A stretch of DNA of 64,000 nucleotides. Origin: Candidatus Latescibacterota bacterium (lineage in GTDB: Bacteria; Latescibacterota; UBA2968; UBA8231). The stretch is from assembly GCA_963422735.1 (NCBI GenBank), contig OY730476.1, forward strand, positions 3,040,001 through 3,104,000, read 5' to 3'. The translations under genes and the position numbers were made by a program. This document shows positions 59,770 through 64,000 of the stretch, piece after piece (the stretch's first letter is position 1; each line of letters opens with the position of its first letter). The notes under the pieces were generated by a model that worked only from the letters and a program-made list of their open reading frames with translations, did no database searches and had not been told where the DNA came from.

Positions 59770-60810
59770 ATGACGACTGACAAACATGCCGCTGATCTCG
59801 CATGGCAGCGCACGGTCCTGCAAGATGTCTCGCGCACTTTCGCGCTCACCATTCCGCAGCTTCCGTCGGGCCTGCGCGATGTCGTAGGCAACGCGTACTT
59901 GCTGTGCCGCATCGCAGACACTATCGAGGATGAGCCGACCCTTTCGGCCGACGGGAAACGCGAATTTTCCGAGCGATTTATCCGGGTCGTTGCGGGAGAG
60001 GAGCCGCCCGCCCCTTTCGCCGAGCAGCTCGCACCGCGCCTGTCCGACAGTATGCTGCTCGCCGAACGCCAGCTTGTGGCCAATACCCCGCGGGTGCTCC
60101 GGCTCACCCAAGGGTTTTCCGACCGGCAGCGCGCTGCACTCGTGCGCTGTGTGCGGATTATGTCGCATGGCATGGCCGAGTTTCAGCAAAGCCCGGGCCT
60201 CAAAGGCCTAGACGATCTCCCCCATCTCGACCGTTATTGCTACTATGTCGCCGGCGTCGTTGGCGAGATGCTCACCGAGTTGTTCTGCGACTATTCGGCA
60301 GAAATCGACCGCCATCGCAAGAGGTTGTTGCAGATTTCGGTGTCGTTCGGCCAGGGCTTGCAGATGACCAACATCCTCAAGGACATCTGGGATGACCGGG
60401 CACGCGGCGCGTGTTGGCTGCCGCGAGACGTGTTCCAGCAATCCGGGTTTGATCTGCGCTCCCTTGAGGCCGGCCAGACGAATCCCGCGTTCCGCACGGC
60501 GCTGAATGAACTGATCGGCTTGGCCCGGATGCACCTCGGCAATGCGCTGGCCTTCACGCTGCTCATCCCCGGGCGCGAAGCCGGCATTCGCCGGTTCTGC
60601 CTTTGGGCCTTGAGCATGGCTGTACTGACGTTGCGCCGCATCCACGCCCACGCGGATTTTACCAGTGGGCAGCAGGTCAAAATTTCGCGGCGCAGCGTGT
60701 GGGCAACCGTGATCGTGACCAGTCTGGCGGTGCGCAGCGACGGTGCGCTCAAAGCGCTGTTTGCGCACTTTACGCGCAATCTGCCCTCGCACGTCGAGGC
60801 ACCGGCCTGA
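59770..60810 (+). CDS. Squalene/phytoene synthase family (squalene-synthase-like)
   Basis: VSRTFAL, YLLCRIADTIEDE, YCYYVAGVVG and GLQMTNILKD. Confidence 0.9.
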   Translation: MTTDKHAADLAWQRTVLQDVSRTFALTIPQLPSGLRDVVGNAYLLCRIADTIEDEPTLSADGKREFSERFIRVVAGEEPPAPFAEQLAPRLSDSMLLAERQLVANTPRVLRLTQGFSDRQRAALVRCVRIMSHGMAEFQQSPGLKGLDDLPHLDRYCYYVAGVVGEMLTELFCDYSAEIDRHRKRLLQISVSFGQGLQMTNILKDIWDDRARGACWLPRDVFQQSGFDLRSLEAGQTNPAFRTALNELIGLARMHLGNALAFTLLIPGREAGIRRFCLWALSMAVLTLRRIHAHADFTSGQQVKISRRSVWATVIVTSLAVRSDGALKALFAHFTRNLPSHVEAPA

Positions 60811-60886
60811 AGTTTGGGTGCGTAGCAGACGGCGGTGCTGTTCTTTAATTTTTTAGCGTACAGCAAATTCTCGGAGAAGTTTCACC

Positions 60887-62101
60887 ATGCAGTTTGATCT
60901 CGTACTCAAAGGCGGGCACCTGATAGACCCCCAAAATGGCATTGACGCGCCCAAGGACATCGGCATCAAGGGGAAGGCGATCGCGGCCGTAGATGCGGAG
61001 TTGCCGACCGAGGGGCAGGTCATCGACGTGAGCGGACTCTACGTGACGCCGGGGCTAGTGGACATCCACATCCACGCCTATGCCACGGCTGGCCACCGCG
61101 ATACTTGGGCCGGCGACAACAGCATCCTGCCCGACGGCTTTAGTTTCCGCACCGGGGTGACGACGCTGGTGGATACCGGGAGCGCGGGCTGGCGCAACTT
61201 TGCGGACTTTCGCCATCGGGTAATCGACCGCTGCCAAACGCGCCTCTTCGCGCTGGTTAATATCGCCGGGACTGGGATGACCTCTATAGACCACGAGCAG
61301 AATCCGTACGACATGGATCCCGACAAGACGGCGGGCGTGGCGCGGGAAAACGAGGATGTAGTAGTAGGCATAAAAACGGCGCACTACATAGGCCCTGAAT
61401 GGATTTCGGTTGATCGCACGCTCGCGGCAGCCGAGCAGGCCGCGACGCGGGTGATGATCGACTTTGGCTACTTCAGAAAGGAGCGGCCCTACTACCAACT
61501 CTTGGGCGAAAAACTGCGTCCGGGCGACATAAGCACTCACATCTTTCGCGGACCGACGCCGTGGTTTGACGCAGAGGGCAAGGTGCTGTCCTACCTGCAC
61601 GAGGCGCGGGCAAGGGGCGTCGTCTTGGACGTGGGGCACGGTGCCGGCAGTTTCTGTTTTCGCAACGCGGTCCCAGCCATCGTCCAGGGATTCTATCCAG
61701 ACTCAATCTCGACCGACCTGCACGTCCTCTGCATGAATATGGGTATGCTCGACATGGCGACGACCATGTCGAAATTTCTGGTGATGGGCATGCCGCTCGG
61801 CGAGGTCATCCGCGCCTCAACGATCAACCCGGCGCGGGAGATTGGCCACCCCGAGCTGGGGCACCTGTCGGTGGGTGCCGTGGCCGATGTGGCGGCCTTG
61901 AAGCAGATGGAGGGGAATTTTGGGTACGCCGATTCTTTCGGCGGACGGTTGGACGGTCACAAGCGGCTGTTTTGCGAGCTGACGGTCAAGGACGGTGAAG
62001 TGGTCTGGGATTGGAATGGCCGAGCGGGGATCGCGTATCCTGAACTTGGCGATAGTTATGGGATCCGTGAGGGCGAGTATTTGATCCCACCCCCGGCGTG
62101 A
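60887..62101 (+). CDS. Amidohydrolase/deacetylase (dihydroorotase-like) family
   Basis: PGLVDIHIH, GVTTLVDTGS, DVGHGAGSF and ISTDLH. Confidence 0.88.
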   Translation: MQFDLVLKGGHLIDPQNGIDAPKDIGIKGKAIAAVDAELPTEGQVIDVSGLYVTPGLVDIHIHAYATAGHRDTWAGDNSILPDGFSFRTGVTTLVDTGSAGWRNFADFRHRVIDRCQTRLFALVNIAGTGMTSIDHEQNPYDMDPDKTAGVARENEDVVVGIKTAHYIGPEWISVDRTLAAAEQAATRVMIDFGYFRKERPYYQLLGEKLRPGDISTHIFRGPTPWFDAEGKVLSYLHEARARGVVLDVGHGAGSFCFRNAVPAIVQGFYPDSISTDLHVLCMNMGMLDMATTMSKFLVMGMPLGEVIRASTINPAREIGHPELGHLSVGAVADVAALKQMEGNFGYADSFGGRLDGHKRLFCELTVKDGEVVWDWNGRAGIAYPELGDSYGIREGEYLIPPPA

Positions 62102-62553
62102 AAAGGGATGCTCTGGTGAAAATCGTCTCTGCGCTGTTGCTCGTCGTCGTCGGATGCGGGCGAGAGCATACCGGCGACCCCATCGTGGTGCGCGACGCTT
62201 GGATCCGGGAACCGCCCCCTCGCAGCCCGGCCGCGGGTTACTTAGTCATTGAAAATCGGGGCGGCGGCCCCGTCGAATTGGTCGCTGTTGCAACCGAGGC
62301 TGCCGAACAAACCGAGATACACATAATGGAATACAAAGACGACCGGATGACGATGCGCCAAGTCGCAAAGCTAGAGGTCCCAGCAGGCGAAGAGGTTGCG
62401 CTGAGGCCGGGCGGTGCCCATCTGATGCTAATGGAACTGCGCCGGCCGCTGCGGGACGGCGGAGAGGTTGCGCTGGTGCTGCGCTTTGGCGATGGAACGG
62501 AAAGGAGAATACAGGTGCCGGTGCGGAAGAAAGGTCTTTATGAAAACGATTGA
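62098..62553 (+). CDS. Copper chaperone PCu(A)C
   Basis: DAWIR, EIH..MTM and PGGAHLMLM. Confidence 0.9.
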   Translation: MKRDALVKIVSALLLVVVGCGREHTGDPIVVRDAWIREPPPRSPAAGYLVIENRGGGPVELVAVATEAAEQTEIHIMEYKDDRMTMRQVAKLEVPAGEEVALRPGGAHLMLMELRRPLRDGGEVALVLRFGDGTERRIQVPVRKKGLYEND

Positions 62554-63166
62554 CGCGCTGGTCTTTTGCGCGGTTTTTGCGCTGCTCGCAGCTTGCGGTG
62601 CTCAGCCAGAGGCCCAAAAGGGCCCGGTCGCCGAACCCCCTGCCCCCGTGGAGGTCCCCCCCTTGCAGGATTTCGGTGGCATTGGCGGCGATTTCGCGCT
62701 TGTGGATCAGCATGGTGTGCGCTTTGAGTTGCAAAATTTGCGCGGCCAGGCCGCCATGCTCTTCTTCGGGTACACCTATTGTCCCGACATCTGCCCGGTG
62801 ACCCTGTCGAAGATGGGCCGCGTCTATCAGCTCTTAGACGAGCGCCAGCAAGAGTTGAAGACCCTCTTCGTCACTGTTGACCCCAAGCGCGATACTCAGG
62901 AGAAGCTGGCAGAATACCTCGATTACTTCGCCATTGATGCCATTGGCCTGCACGGCAACAAGGAGGAGATTGACCAAGTGGTGCGTCAGTATGGTGCTCA
63001 TTATTCCCTCGGAGAGGAGCAGGCCGCCTACTTAGTCGATCACTCAACCTATACCTACCTGATCGATCAGCAGGGCAAGGTGCGGTTCCTATTCCGCCAG
63101 AGCGACGGCCCAGAGCTGATGGCAGCGGTAACCGAACAACTCTTCGCCGAGGCAGGAAAGCCATGA
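62540..63166 (+). CDS. SCO family protein
   Basis: FGYTYCPDICP, TVDPKRD and VDHS. Confidence 0.93.
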   Translation: MKTIDALVFCAVFALLAACGAQPEAQKGPVAEPPAPVEVPPLQDFGGIGGDFALVDQHGVRFELQNLRGQAAMLFFGYTYCPDICPVTLSKMGRVYQLLDERQQELKTLFVTVDPKRDTQEKLAEYLDYFAIDAIGLHGNKEEIDQVVRQYGAHYSLGEEQAAYLVDHSTYTYLIDQQGKVRFLFRQSDGPELMAAVTEQLFAEAGKP

Positions 63167-63321
63167 AAAATGTCTTATGCAAAATAGTTAAGATCGTCCA
63201 TGCACTGCTTTGGTTTCCGCTGAGTCCGCTCATCGGCCCGGACTTTCCGCAGCGCCTTTTGTCTCGGGGCCGGCGAAAATCTGCTCGTGCCAAGCAGACG
63301 CCGACTCAGACCGAGTCGTAG
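63163..63321 (+). CDS. Possible 52-aa small protein
   Basis: ATGA overlap with the SCO stop; MKNVLCKIVKIVHALLWFPLSPLIG.. followed by a basic tail. Confidence 0.3.
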   Translation: MKNVLCKIVKIVHALLWFPLSPLIGPDFPQRLLSRGRRKSARAKQTPTQTES

Positions 63322-63372
63322 CCGGCGGTCTGGTTTCATCCGCACTATATTTTCAAGGATCCCATACCAACC

Positions 63373-64000
63373 ATGCAGCGACCGAATATCCTCGTACTCT
63401 ACACTGACCAGCAGCGATGGGACGCCCTCGGTGCCAACGGTAACTCCGAGATCTGCACGCCGCACTTGGACCGGCTCGCTGCTGCCGGAGTAAATTTCGA
63501 CCACTGCTTTGTGCAGAATCCGGTCTGCATGCCCAGCCGCGTGAGCTTTCTCACCGGGCAGTATCCATCCACGCTAGGGCTTTCGCACATGGGAGTGCCC
63601 GTGCCCGAGGATGTGTTGACCTTGCCGCGCCTGCTGCGCAACTACGGCTATTACAGCGGCCAGATTGGCAAGCTCCACTTTCTGCCGCACGCCAACCGCG
63701 ATCACCGCCAGCCCCATCCCAACTACGGGTTCGACCACTTGGAAATCTCGGACGAGCCGGGTTCCTACCACGACGCCTATCGCGCTTGGGTGGCGGCGCA
63801 GGCGGCTGATCAACTCGACCACGTCAGTCTTGGCGAGGCACCCAGTTCGATCGAATGGAAGCGGATTATGAACGTCCGCGACGGGATCGCGCATCCAGAA
63901 AAGCGCTTTGTCAAGCGCGCCTTGGCCAGCCGCTGTCGCAGCGATCTGACCCATACGGCGTTTGTCGCCGACCAGACCATGGATTTTTTGACGCGCCACA
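63373..64000 (+). CDS. Sulfatase, 3'-partial (not in ORF track)
   Basis: Hand translation MQRPNILVLYTDQQRWD..NPVCMPSRVS..GKLH. Confidence 0.9.
   Translation, partial: MQRPNILVLYTDQQRWDALGANGNSEICTPHLDRLAAAGVNFDHCFVQNPVCMPSRVSFLTGQYPSTLGLSHMGVPVPEDVLTLPRLLRNYGYYSGQIGKLHFLPHANRDHRQPHPNYGFDHLEISDEPGSYHDAYRAWVAAQAADQLDHVSLGEAPSSIEWKRIMNVRDGIAHPEKRFVKRALASRCRSDLTHTAFVADQTMDFLTRH

Overview
This is a 64-kb bacterial chromosomal window spanning the replication origin. Proteins with C-terminal 'NYPNPFN'/FlgD-Ig domains, several sulfatases and the gene content suggest an FCB-superphylum organism such as Latescibacterota (inference only). From left to right it contains: a sigma54 activator, DegP and an M24 peptidase; a variant cytochrome c maturation (Ccm) operon; two tandem DUF151-UVR nucleases; an XRE regulator divergent from a probable 6S RNA; glycosyltransferases; sucCD; rpmA/rplU, rne/rng, ctpA, tmk, rsmG, mnmE, yidC, yidD, rnpA, rpmH; dnaA-oriC-dnaN-recF-DUF721-gyrB-gyrA; three tRNAs; and an accessory metabolic region with a sugar ABC transporter, sulfatases, dehydratases, secreted FlgD proteins, squalene synthase and SCO/PCuAC. 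I saw no CRISPR array, rRNA or intact transposase. The most notable observations are: (1) a 6S-like RNA and a divergent XRE gene whose two promoters each overlap an ACAC-N8-GTGT operator, with centres 63 bp apart; (2) a 95-bp copy of the yidC 5' end forming a 25-aa membrane-peptide ORF just upstream of rne/rng; (3) a CxxxY-type CcmE together with a CcmF::Cys-rich CcmH fusion; (4) a second DnaA-box cluster and two parS sites without parAB or mnmG; (5) apparent CCWGG depletion with excess of its C-to-T products; and (6) many short perfect tandem duplications between genes. All calls were made by eye, with no database searches.
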